In this document: positions 1-7,856 of the stretch, one piece after another
Layout of the letters: every line of letters starts with the position of its first letter
Numbering within the stretch: position 1 is the first letter of the stretch
NCBI GenBank assembly: GCA_965219535.1
Contig: CBDCNV010000002.1
Span: 720,001-752,000 of the forward strand
Length of the DNA stretch: 32,000 nucleotides
Source: Opitutales bacterium
GTDB taxonomy: Bacteria; Verrucomicrobiota; Verrucomicrobiia; Opitutales; PNEW01
Reading direction: 5' to 3'
Position numbers and translations under genes: made by a program
Notes under the pieces: model-generated
Databases searched by the model: none
What the model was told of the DNA's origin: nothing
Seen by the model: only the letters and a program-made list of their open reading frames with translations

Positions 1-615
1 TGCTTCACAAAACTCTTTGAACGCTATGGACTTCCCGCTTGCATCCGCAGCGACAACGGCAGTCCCTTTGCCAGTGCCAATGCGGTCCTGGGCCTGAGCA
101 AACTGGCGGCCTGGTGGCTGGCCTTAGGGATCAATCTCGAGCGTGGACGTCCGGGTAAACCCCAGGATAACGGTGCCCATGAGCGTCTCCATCGCGATAT
201 CAAAGAGGAGTTGCAAAAACATGCCCAGGACGATCTTCGCACCCAACAGGTGGCCTTCGATCTGTGGCGCAAGACCTTCAATGAAGAACGCCCCCATGCG
301 GCTCTTGCCATGAGCACGCCCTCTGAAATCTATCAGCACAGCTCTCATCCTTACGGTGGCACTCCTGCCGATATCAGCTATGATTTGATGACTCGCCGGG
401 TCTCAAAAAGCGGGTCTATCAAACTCGATGGCTTCCAGATTCCTATCTCCACCGCCCTCGCCGGTTGGAGCGTTGGACTAAAACCACTAGACACGGTACA
501 CTTCGATGTTTACTTTGCCACTCTCAGAATCGGTCAGATTGACCTTTCAACGGCTGCTTTCATTGGGGCCGCTTGCGGCCCCAACAATGCCAGCCAAACC
601 TCTAAAACCGCATAA
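1..615 (+). CDS. IS481-family DDE transposase, C-terminal part (partial, 5' end outside window)
   Basis: In frame with, and identical to, residues 193-396 of the 19234..20424 product. Integrase-core (rve) signatures: SDNGSPF and GKPQDNGAHERLHRDIKEE. Confidence 0.85.
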   Translation, partial: CFTKLFERYGLPACIRSDNGSPFASANAVLGLSKLAAWWLALGINLERGRPGKPQDNGAHERLHRDIKEELQKHAQDDLRTQQVAFDLWRKTFNEERPHAALAMSTPSEIYQHSSHPYGGTPADISYDLMTRRVSKSGSIKLDGFQIPISTALAGWSVGLKPLDTVHFDVYFATLRIGQIDLSTAAFIGAACGPNNASQTSKTA

Positions 616-714
616 CATTAACTTAACTATATAACCCGATTACCGTTCAGCATCCCTCACAAAGTGTAAACCATGTCTTGATCTAAATCTGTAAACCATG
701 TCCTGGTTGTACCC
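1..714 (+). mobile_element. IS481-family insertion sequence, right-hand part (copy 1, truncated by window edge)
   Basis: Bases 1-714 match 19810-20523 wherever I compared them. ORF-track translations are identical on both strands (211..615 vs the tail of 19234..20424; 24..317 vs 19833..20126). Homology ends at 714/20523 and the flanks then differ. Sub-terminal repeats TGTAAACCATGTCYTG x2 at 665-705. Confidence 0.85.
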
Positions 715-715
715 C

Positions 716-771
716 GTGAACCCAGAACCCTCTTACCTAACACTTAAAACTTAACACCTAACACGCGCGGA
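716..771. repeat. Heptanucleotide array (8 units in one phase: GTGAACC CAGAACC CTCTTAC CTAACAC TTAAAAC TTAACAC CTAACAC GCGCGGA)
   Basis: Direct reading. It lies immediately 3' of the stop of the minus-strand gene 776..1687 and abuts the IS end. Confidence 0.85.
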
Positions 772-775
772 GGCG

Positions 776-1687
776 TCATCGCGCTGCCGCGCGCTTCGGT
801 TTATCCGGATCGGTATCGAAATATTGATGAGCTGCATCCTTCTGCGCTTCGTAGATCCCGATCGCGCCACTTGGCGGTGGCAGTGGGATTCGGACCGGTA
901 CCTTTTCAAGGCGCGGCTCGATCGTCGGTTCACCGGCTACGATGCGCGCGTTGTAGGTCTCAAGATCGGGAATCAATGGTCCGGTGTAGGTACCGGACAG
1001 CGGCCATGCGTCAGCGGCGGCAAGCTCATAGTAGAGCACGCGTCGGGGCCGCTGAGATCGATTGAGATCCGATCCGTGTACCATGCGAGCGGAAAAGAGA
1101 ATCAGGGAACCGGCTGATGCGGTCAGCTTCACTGCTTTCGAAAAGTCCAGGCCACATGTCTTCGGATTCAGGGCACCGGTAAAGCGGCCCTTGTGATGGT
1201 GATCAAACACGGGTCCCTTGTGCGTGCCTGGTAATACCAGCAGCGCTCCGTTGTCTTCGACAATGTCATCGATCAATACCGCGCTGACCAGGACGTCATC
1301 ATTTGTGTGCGGGTAAAAGGCCCAGTCCTGGTGCCACTGGACGGGTGCACCGAAACCTGCCATTTTCATATTGATTTTGGCAAAATGCAGTCGGATGTTC
1401 GGTCCGATAAGGCGGCTGACTACGTCGACATATTGGGGTTTGCGAACGAAATCCCGAAAGACCGGGTGTTGGTCATCAGGTTTGATGATCCGCCGGATGC
1501 GGGGCCGTTCCGTAGTATGCGACTCCTCCAACTCAACCACACCGTCGCTTTGTGTCATGGAACTGCCGCGTTCCACGAACGTGGCAATCACCTTTTTGAG
1601 TTCGCCGATCTCATCCTGCGAGAACAAGCCTTCAACCACGAGATAGCCTTCGGATTTGTAGAAGCCGACCTGCTCATTACTAATCAT
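776..1687 (-). CDS. Phytanoyl-CoA dioxygenase (PhyH) family Fe(II)/2-oxoglutarate oxygenase
   Basis: 303-aa ORF. N-terminus FYKSEGYLVVEGLFSQDEI and the WHQDWAFYP (HxD) metal motif are typical of the PhyH family. GGGAG lies about 11 nt upstream of the ATG. Confidence 0.8.
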   Translation of the reverse strand: MISNEQVGFYKSEGYLVVEGLFSQDEIGELKKVIATFVERGSSMTQSDGVVELEESHTTERPRIRRIIKPDDQHPVFRDFVRKPQYVDVVSRLIGPNIRLHFAKINMKMAGFGAPVQWHQDWAFYPHTNDDVLVSAVLIDDIVEDNGALLVLPGTHKGPVFDHHHKGRFTGALNPKTCGLDFSKAVKLTASAGSLILFSARMVHGSDLNRSQRPRRVLYYELAAADAWPLSGTYTGPLIPDLETYNARIVAGEPTIEPRLEKVPVRIPLPPPSGAIGIYEAQKDAAHQYFDTDPDKPKRAAAR

Positions 1688-1824
1688 GAATCTATCTCCC
1701 TAGTGACCACTCGATAATGCTTAGAGTCTCAATCACCTGCGAAAGTGCAACATAAAAGGGGCTGAAAATCAGTGAACAGTGAACAGTGGAAAAGCCGAGA
1801 TAAGTTATAGGTCTTGAGTAGTGA

Positions 1825-1930
1825 GGTGGAGCGGGCTGCCTGCTGGCCATAGCCTTGGCGAAGGTTGGTCCCTAGCACGCTTCTTATTTAATAACTTATA
1901 ACAAACGCGGTAGGGACACCGCGTTCCACC
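1825..1930. repeat. Double-hairpin palindromic REP/BIME-like element, copy R1 (carries a ~30-bp internal insertion)
   Basis: GGTGGAGCGGGCTG...GTCCCTAGCACGCTTCTT...AAACGCGGTAGGGACACCGCGTTCCACC. The ends GGTGGA/TCCACC are inverted. Related copies at 16391-16465, 19085-19148 and 28341-28414. Confidence 0.75.
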
Positions 1931-1980
1931 CTTTTTTGAATTATAAATAATTTTGTGTTTCTTGTGGCTAACTTTTCTTC

Positions 1981-2015
1981 AATCGGCAATCGAAAATCGG
2001 CAATCGAAAATTGTC
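1981..2015. repeat. Heptanucleotide array (AATCGGC AATCGAA x2 plus AATTGTC)
   Basis: Direct reading; just 3' of the stop of the sulfatase gene 2026..3495. Confidence 0.85.
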
Positions 2016-2025
2016 AGACTTTCGA

Positions 2026-3495
2026 CTACCCGCGTTCCGGTGTCTGAGTCAACATCCACCAAAGTTGTTCCCACTCGATTCTCTCGAAGTTATCCTGATT
2101 AGCTCCAGGTGTGCTTCTACCGTTATTGACATATTGTGTGAGCAGAGACTTTAACTCTTTAACAATCTCCGGGTGTTTTTCGTATACATTCCAGCATTCT
2201 CCAATATCCGCGTCGAGGTCGTAAAGTTGAATCGGGGGCAAGCCAAAGTAATCACTATCCGGGCGTGGATAACTCCACCCCCCTGATCCCTTACACATCT
2301 CCAGTTTCCATTTGCCTTTACGAATCGAAAAGGATCCATCCATGGAATGATGTACCGTGGCTTCACGCACCGAATTTTCAGCAGGTTCGCCGCGCCACAC
2401 ACCGAGGTTGCTCGCGCTGTCTTCTCCCGCGTTGTCCGGTAGCGATACATCGAGAATGCCTGCACAGGTTGCCAGTAAATCCACAAGGCAAACCGTTTCA
2501 TCACTGGCACTGCCGCCAGCGATTTCAGATGGCCAGCGAACGACGAGCGGAATGCGGTGGCCCCCCTCATATATATCTGCCTTATGGCCGCGGAAGACAT
2601 AACTGGGGTTGTGACCGACATACGCTAATTCATTGTAATCGGCACGTGGAGAACAGCCGTTATCTGAGGTAAAGATCAAGATGGTGTCTTCAGTAAGACC
2701 CAGTTGATCGAGAGTGTTGCCGATCCGACCCACAATAGCATCAACCTGTAAGCAGAAATCACCATACTCATTCGTTCCAGATTTTCCTTGGAATTCTGGA
2801 CTGGGCAGGATGGGGGTATGTGGAGCGGGTAACGGTAAGTAGAGGAAAAAAGGTTTAGCCTCTTGTGCGTTCTCTTCGATGAACTCGATCGCTTTTTCCG
2901 TCAGCGTTGGTAAAACATCTTCGTGTTTAAAGTCGGGTGCGATCGGTCCTTCCCGCCAGAACATTTTTCCTTTACTTTCCGGGACTATTCGATCGGGGAC
3001 CGCGGTCACTTTATCATTTTCGACATAGACATAAGGGGGCATGTCCAGTGATGCACTGATGCCAAAAAAACTATCGAACCCTACCGTCGTTGGCCCATCT
3101 AAAATCTTCTTTTCGAAATCTGCATCCTCTTCACTTTTACTCTTTGTGGGCCAGGTCCATCCCAGGTGCCATTTTCCTATACAACCTGTAGTATAGCCAT
3201 GATCCTTTAAGAGGGAGGCAACCGTCATTCTACCGGGTTCGATAATCGGTTTGGAGTATCCGAAGAGCACACCTTTCTTTAACTGTGATCGCCAGTTGTA
3301 CCTTCCCGTCAAAATACTGTAGCGAGAGGGTGTGCAAACTGCAGAACTGGCATGGGCATCGCGAAAAATCATCCCACCCGCTGCCACTTTGTCGATACTC
3401 TCGGTACGAATCTTTGAGTTTTTATTCAAACACGATACGTCGCCGTATCCCATGTCATCCGCTAGAATGTATATGATGTTTGGTCGCTTCGGCAT
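2026..3495 (-). CDS. Arylsulfatase (formylglycine-dependent sulfatase family), no signal peptide
   Basis: 489-aa ORF. N-terminal PNIIYILADDMGYGD and the sulfatase signature SSAVCTPSRYSILTGRY (C-x-P-x-R). Confidence 0.9.
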   Translation of the reverse strand: MPKRPNIIYILADDMGYGDVSCLNKNSKIRTESIDKVAAGGMIFRDAHASSAVCTPSRYSILTGRYNWRSQLKKGVLFGYSKPIIEPGRMTVASLLKDHGYTTGCIGKWHLGWTWPTKSKSEEDADFEKKILDGPTTVGFDSFFGISASLDMPPYVYVENDKVTAVPDRIVPESKGKMFWREGPIAPDFKHEDVLPTLTEKAIEFIEENAQEAKPFFLYLPLPAPHTPILPSPEFQGKSGTNEYGDFCLQVDAIVGRIGNTLDQLGLTEDTILIFTSDNGCSPRADYNELAYVGHNPSYVFRGHKADIYEGGHRIPLVVRWPSEIAGGSASDETVCLVDLLATCAGILDVSLPDNAGEDSASNLGVWRGEPAENSVREATVHHSMDGSFSIRKGKWKLEMCKGSGGWSYPRPDSDYFGLPPIQLYDLDADIGECWNVYEKHPEIVKELKSLLTQYVNNGRSTPGANQDNFERIEWEQLWWMLTQTPERG

Positions 3496-3527
3496 TTAAG
3501 AGGGTTCAGGGTTCAGTAAAAGACGTA

Positions 3528-3570
3528 CCCTATAATAATTCAACTAAGCTTTCCACTTAAAATGTAACAC
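3528..3570 (-). promoter_or_regulatory. Promoter-like module (minus-strand reading TTAAGT-N17-TATTAT) about 33 nt upstream of the sulfatase ATG
   Basis: A 43-nt block nearly repeated at 5093-5135 in the same position relative to the next gene's ATG. Minus strand: GTGTTACATTTTAAGTGGAAAGCTTAGTTGAATTATTATAGGG. Confidence 0.4.
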
Positions 3571-3583
3571 CCAATCCACTCTT

Positions 3584-3611
3584 CCCCGAACCCTGAACCC
3601 CGAACCCTGTA
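3584..3611. repeat. Heptanucleotide array (CCCCGAA CCCTGAA CCCCGAA CCCTGTA)
   Basis: Direct reading. It is the reverse complement of the GGGTTCA-type arrays at 3501-3521 and 18941-18961. Confidence 0.85.
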
Positions 3612-3637
3612 CCGAGGGCATAGCCCGACATCTTCCA
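3609..3637. repeat. 29-nt intergenic box GTACCGAGGGCATAGCCCGACATCTTCCA (second copy 11230-11258)
   Basis: 28 of 29 positions are identical between the two copies. Both follow a heptad array. Confidence 0.8.
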
Positions 3638-3668
3638 TTCCGCCCTGAACTAAGTCGAAGGGCTACCC

Positions 3669-5057
3669 TTACTCAAGCACGCAGTTGACGACCCAGAGAT
3701 ATCTGTTCGGAGTGGTCGACGAGTTGTTGGTCTTTAACAGCAGGTGATTGTCGCCTTTCTGTAATTTCACCGGGAGCCTGGCTGTTTCAAGTCCTGGTTT
3801 GTGCTGAAGCGTGTCCAGGAGTTCACCGTTAAGCCAGATTGAACAATAGTTGTTAATCGATATACGGAGAACCGCTTCCCGGTCCTCCTCACTTTCGATC
3901 GTCGTGCGGGCATAGGCTGAATGGTCCTTCACATTGTAGAAGAGATTCTGAATATCGATCCAACCATGTTGGCTTATCAGCTTGGAGACGGTAAAAGTGT
4001 GATCTTCATTCTTCAGTTCCTCGGGCCAGATGCCGGGTGCAATTTGCTCGACGAACTCTCCTTTTTGAAACGTCTTAAAGTCATCTGCGCCCGGGAAGGG
4101 ACCGGTGACCTGCCATTCCAATGGTGTCTCGATTTCCGGTGCGCTACTGCCGTCAATCTTGTAGTAGTATACAACGGACTCCATGTCGTCTCCACGACAG
4201 TTAGCAAGGAACGAACACGAGGATCGAAACGCTATAGGGTCGGGTCCAAAGAAGCGATAGAACACACCATCCTGATCCTCACGGCCACGATTGTCGAGTT
4301 GCGGACATCCTATCCAGTGCGATTGAAAATCATTGAACCCCCAGGTGAAACCGTAATCGTCTTCGACATTACAACCACGAATAGCATTTGGTTTCGTCTC
4401 GCCATCAAGGAGGATGGTTACCCCACCGGTATGGAAGACCGCATCCTCGTGATTTTTCTGTATGTATCCGGTCAAAAAGCCAGCGATGAATCCACTCCCG
4501 GATGTATTCGCCATCTCATGCAGCCCGCGCGCAGGGGTGGTCTCATTGCGCTTGTGTTCTGCGTGGAAACGATAGGGTGTAAGTTCGGTGTCCTCTTCGT
4601 ACTCGTGCCAGTCTATCATCGTTCCCAGTATCGCGTCTTTCTGGCCGTGAATGCTGATGCGGCAGGATTCGTTGAAAGGAATAGGAAGAAACAGGTTGTA
4701 ACCGGGATCGCCCGGGATACGGGGATTTTTTTCCCTCGCGACCCAGTTGGGCAAAACCGTGTAGGCAGCGCAGTTGACGTAGTACGGATCTCTGCCCTGC
4801 ATAATGCCAAAAAATGAATTCATCGGAGCCAGCACCTGGGATTCCTTTGCTCCATCAACATTAATCTCCAGGATAAGATCTCCACCCCGTAGAAACCAGA
4901 TGTGCCGGATGCACCCGGGTCCTACAATGTTCGCGACTTCAGTTGAACCATTGTCGTCAATCGTCGAACTGATATTGAGCCGTCGCGAAGTAAACAGAGT
5001 GGGCAGTGCGATCAACGGCACCGCCGGGTCCGAATATGTATCTGGTATGCCTTTCAT
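3669..5057 (-). CDS. DUF2961 / GH172-like glycoside hydrolase family protein with C-terminal beta-sandwich
   Basis: 462-aa ORF. N-terminal pattern R-LNISSTIDDNGST...VGPGCIRHIWFL resembles the DUF2961 signature (SSxDxxGxNxD ... GPGxIxHIW). Family assignment is from memory, not a search. Confidence 0.6.
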   Translation of the reverse strand: MKGIPDTYSDPAVPLIALPTLFTSRRLNISSTIDDNGSTEVANIVGPGCIRHIWFLRGGDLILEINVDGAKESQVLAPMNSFFGIMQGRDPYYVNCAAYTVLPNWVAREKNPRIPGDPGYNLFLPIPFNESCRISIHGQKDAILGTMIDWHEYEEDTELTPYRFHAEHKRNETTPARGLHEMANTSGSGFIAGFLTGYIQKNHEDAVFHTGGVTILLDGETKPNAIRGCNVEDDYGFTWGFNDFQSHWIGCPQLDNRGREDQDGVFYRFFGPDPIAFRSSCSFLANCRGDDMESVVYYYKIDGSSAPEIETPLEWQVTGPFPGADDFKTFQKGEFVEQIAPGIWPEELKNEDHTFTVSKLISQHGWIDIQNLFYNVKDHSAYARTTIESEEDREAVLRISINNYCSIWLNGELLDTLQHKPGLETARLPVKLQKGDNHLLLKTNNSSTTPNRYLWVVNCVLE

Positions 5058-5085
5058 GGGGTGTCGGGTGTCGGGTGTCGGAAAT
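5058..5085. repeat. Heptanucleotide array (GGGGTGT CGGGTGT CGGGTGT CGGAAAT) abutting the start codon of 3669..5057
   Basis: Direct reading. On the coding strand CGACACC x3 runs straight into the ATG, and no Shine-Dalgarno motif is visible. Confidence 0.85.
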
Positions 5086-5092
5086 TGATAGT

Positions 5093-5135
5093 CCCTATAA
5101 TAAATCTATAAAGCTTTCCACTTAAAACTTAACAC
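5093..5135 (-). promoter_or_regulatory. Promoter-like module (second copy of the 3528-3570 block), about 35 nt upstream of the ATG at 5057
   Basis: Minus strand: GTGTTAAGTTTTAAGTGGAAAGCTTTATAGATTTATTATAGGG. It has the same TTAAGT-N17-TATTAT geometry. Confidence 0.4.
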
Positions 5136-5141
5136 GGTTAT

Positions 5142-5218
5142 TTCACTGTTCACTGTTTACCGTTCACTGTTCACCGGTCTTTCCTCACCTTCGACTTTAG
5201 ACCTTCGACTTTAGACTC
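5142..5218. repeat. Heptanucleotide array, 11 units in one phase (TTCACTG x2, TTTACCG, TTCACTG, TTCACCG, GTCTTTC, CTCACCT, TCGACTT, TAGACCT, TCGACTT, TAGACTC)
   Basis: Direct reading; it runs up to the stop codon of 5217..6308. Confidence 0.85.
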
Positions 5219-6308
5219 ATTGACTTACATCAAATTTCCCGAAGCAAATCCTTGTTCTTCTATGCTCCCTATCCTGTGAGCTATCCCAGACTGCATACCA
5301 ACCGGTGTCATTTCTCGCGACGAGGGTGGGGTAACTGTTGCGGTTCTCACCGTCATAAAAAACGCGTGGTTCACCCCAGGTTTCATTACCGGGGGCTCTT
5401 TTAACCCAGGACAATCCGGGGCGCTCCCTGATCTCGTCGGGTGAGTAGATATACACCTCGGTTCCATCGGCTTCGATAAAGTACCAGGATTTGCTCCAAG
5501 TGTTGTGACAGCCATGTTCAGGACGTGCGATCGACCAGGTTTTTCCACCGTCTTTGCTGTCACAGCGATAGGCGCAGTTTCCGTTTGTTGGTAGAGTTGG
5601 TAGTGGCCCATACTTCGCCGCACGGTAGACTATCGTCAAGGTGCCGTCTTTCCGTTGTACAAGACTGCCCTCGGCCAGGAAGACGGGATCGGATTCATCA
5701 AAGCGGGTATACGCACCTATCTTCCAATGAAGCAGATCACTTGACTCGAGAAGAAATGCTTTTTGATCCGCATCGGTATCGCCGCGAATGAATGGTCCGC
5801 GATGAACTGGCATCAGGTACCGTGTATGACCATCGCGCTGAATGGGAACCGGCGCGTTACAGGTGATCAACGGTGACCAGAAATCGCAGGCGAGGGGAAT
5901 TTCCTGCCAGCTCCAACCGCCGTCCACCGTGTAGGCCGCGACCAGTTCATTATCATCCCCGGACAACTTATACATGGGGCTGCGTGTCGCGAAACACCAG
6001 AGCGTATCGGTTCCCTCCGGCTTAATGAAGCTCGGGTTCAGGTATCCGTAACGGCGATTGCCAATCAAATTGCGATGGTCGAAAATGTATACCGAGGGAT
6101 GCCAACTGTTGCCGCCGTCTTGGCTGACCGATGCGCATATGTCTCCCATATCCACTTTGCCGCGAAACTCCGCCCCGTAGCAGGTGACGAGATGGTCGTT
6201 TCCCAAGTTCGCAACATACGGTTGCCATAGCCGATGATAAATCGATTGTGGGTCAAGTTCCGCAATAATTCGTACGTCGCTTACATCACCGCTATAATTA
6301 TGGGTCAT
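5217..6308 (-). CDS. BNR/Asp-box repeat beta-propeller protein (sialidase-like glycoside hydrolase)
   Basis: 363-aa ORF with three Asp-box motifs (SQDGGNSW, TVDGGWSW, SKDGGKTW). No signal peptide. Confidence 0.7.
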   Translation of the reverse strand: MTHNYSGDVSDVRIIAELDPQSIYHRLWQPYVANLGNDHLVTCYGAEFRGKVDMGDICASVSQDGGNSWHPSVYIFDHRNLIGNRRYGYLNPSFIKPEGTDTLWCFATRSPMYKLSGDDNELVAAYTVDGGWSWQEIPLACDFWSPLITCNAPVPIQRDGHTRYLMPVHRGPFIRGDTDADQKAFLLESSDLLHWKIGAYTRFDESDPVFLAEGSLVQRKDGTLTIVYRAAKYGPLPTLPTNGNCAYRCDSKDGGKTWSIARPEHGCHNTWSKSWYFIEADGTEVYIYSPDEIRERPGLSWVKRAPGNETWGEPRVFYDGENRNSYPTLVARNDTGWYAVWDSSQDREHRRTRICFGKFDVSQ

Positions 6309-6313
6309 TATTT

Positions 6314-6348
6314 AAGTCAAAAGTCGAAGGTTGAAAGTCGAAAGCTAG
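6314..6348. repeat. Heptanucleotide array (AAGTCAA AAGTCGA AGGTTGA AAGTCGA AAGCTAG) in the 5' UTR of 5217..6308
   Basis: Direct reading; it starts 6 nt from the ATG at 6308. Confidence 0.85.
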
Positions 6349-6460
6349 ATAATGAAATATAGATAGCCACAAAAGGCACAAGAAACACAAGAAAGATTTA
6401 AACTGGAATAATCAGACCTCATTTACTATTCTTATTGGAAAAGTAAAATTTGAGAACTCA

Positions 6461-7624
6461 ATGGAAGAAATAATGGGTAAGAATTACCGTCCACTTGCTG
6501 AAGTGCGAAAGACGCTCCGGGTCGAGTGGTACCGTTCTCCGATTGAACGCGAAAAGCTTCGTGAGCTTTCGAAACGCAGCGATTTACAGGGATGGTTTCA
6601 AGCCGGAGGGCACCTCGCATTATTTATCTGCACCGGCATCCTGGTGTATGTCTTCTGGTCACAACAGAACTGGCTCGGCTTCGCAATGGCGCTCTTTGCG
6701 CACGGGACGAGCGGAACCTTCTTATCGGGGGTAGCTCCACACGAACTCGGTCATGGAACCGTCTTCCGCACGAAGTGGCTGAACAAGTTCTTCATGTATC
6801 TGTTCAGTCTATTGAGCTGGTGGGACCCATTCGACTATGCGAACAGTCATACCTATCACCATCGCTACACGATGTACCCCGAGGGAGATCGAGAAAATCT
6901 GCTGCCGCTCGAGCCTTCTTTAAGCCCTACGCTTTTGCTCCAGTTGTTTACCGTAAACCTGTTCTCTAAACCCGGTCGTGTTTTCAGCAAAGGCGGTGCT
7001 ATCTCGACGATTCTCGTTACTCTCAAATCAGCTTTCGGTGTCGTCGGCTCCTCTAAGGTTCCGATCAACGAATGGTTGCATGCCCTGCACACCGACCAAC
7101 CGCTCGACCACCATAAGTCAACGCGCTGGTCACGGGTACTGCTCCTCTTCCACGGATCCGTGCTTGTGTTTTCGATCGCCACCCAACTCTGGGTCCTGCC
7201 GCTTATTGTAAGTTTTTTCCCCTTCATCGCGAATTGGTTGGCCTACTTTGTCGGTCTGACACAACACTGCGGTCTGCGTGATAATGTCTCGGATTTTCGC
7301 AAGAGTACGCGTTCGATCACGCTTAATCCACTGGCTGAGTTTTTATATTGGAGAATGAATTGGCACACTGAGCACCATATGTACGCCGGTGTTCCCTGTT
7401 ACAACCTCAAGAAACTCTACCGCGAGATTGCCGAGGACTTACCGAAGCCGCGCACGCTGCGCGGCGCGTGGCTGGAGATGCGCGAAACATGGCGACGCCA
7501 GCAAACGGATCCGAACTACCAATTCGACACCCCGCTTCCTTCAACCGCGGGAAAAATTTCGACCGAAACACCAGACGAATTAGTAACTTCAATCGGGGAG
7601 TTAGCCCCGGAAGGTTTGAGATGA
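6461..7624 (+). CDS. Membrane fatty-acid desaturase family protein
   Basis: 387-aa ORF with three histidine boxes (HELGH, HTYHH, HTEHH) and hydrophobic segments. The start could be 6461 or the in-frame ATG at 6473. Confidence 0.85.
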   Translation: MEEIMGKNYRPLAEVRKTLRVEWYRSPIEREKLRELSKRSDLQGWFQAGGHLALFICTGILVYVFWSQQNWLGFAMALFAHGTSGTFLSGVAPHELGHGTVFRTKWLNKFFMYLFSLLSWWDPFDYANSHTYHHRYTMYPEGDRENLLPLEPSLSPTLLLQLFTVNLFSKPGRVFSKGGAISTILVTLKSAFGVVGSSKVPINEWLHALHTDQPLDHHKSTRWSRVLLLFHGSVLVFSIATQLWVLPLIVSFFPFIANWLAYFVGLTQHCGLRDNVSDFRKSTRSITLNPLAEFLYWRMNWHTEHHMYAGVPCYNLKKLYREIAEDLPKPRTLRGAWLEMRETWRRQQTDPNYQFDTPLPSTAGKISTETPDELVTSIGELAPEGLR

Positions 7625-7636
7625 TAAGGAAAATAA

Positions 7637-7772
7637 GGGGTCATACGTAGAATTTAAATATAAGTAGTGTGGTAAGTACTTCAGGAATTGCAGTACGCTT
7701 AAAAGCTGACTCTCTTCTCGAGGTAGTAATATAATTAAGAATCGATAGTATTTAAATTCTACGTTTGACCCC
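7637..7772. mobile_element. MITE-like element, copy 1 (23-bp terminal inverted repeats GGGGTCATACGTAGAATTTAAAT / ATTTAAATTCTACGTTTGACCCC)
   Basis: Inverted ends at 7637-7659 and 7750-7772. An A-rich run lies before it and T5 after it. It sits between the convergent genes 6461..7624 (+) and 7857..11144 (-). Second copy at 28536-28652. Confidence 0.7.
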
Positions 7773-7806
7773 TTTTTAATCCAACCAAATATCAACGGCT
7801 CCCCCC

Positions 7807-7838
7807 TTTTTGACTTTTTGACCTTTTGACATTTTGAC
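7807..7838. repeat. Octanucleotide array (TTTTTGAC TTTTTGAC CTTTTGAC ATTTTGAC)
   Basis: Direct reading; the period is 8 rather than 7. Confidence 0.85.
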
Positions 7839-7856
7839 CCGCGATGACGCATCGCT

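Noticed and set aside
3921-4817. Long antisense ORFs: 3921..4817 (+, 298 aa), 11995..12648 (+, 217 aa), 12629..13102 (+, 157 aa), 1307..1717 (+), the ORFs inside P1/P2 on the plus strand, and the many ORFs overlapping 20845..22542
   Set aside because: Each lies opposite a longer ORF with clear family signatures. None shows a recognisable motif. Those in 20.8-22.5 kb are the expected by-product of GC-rich DNA.
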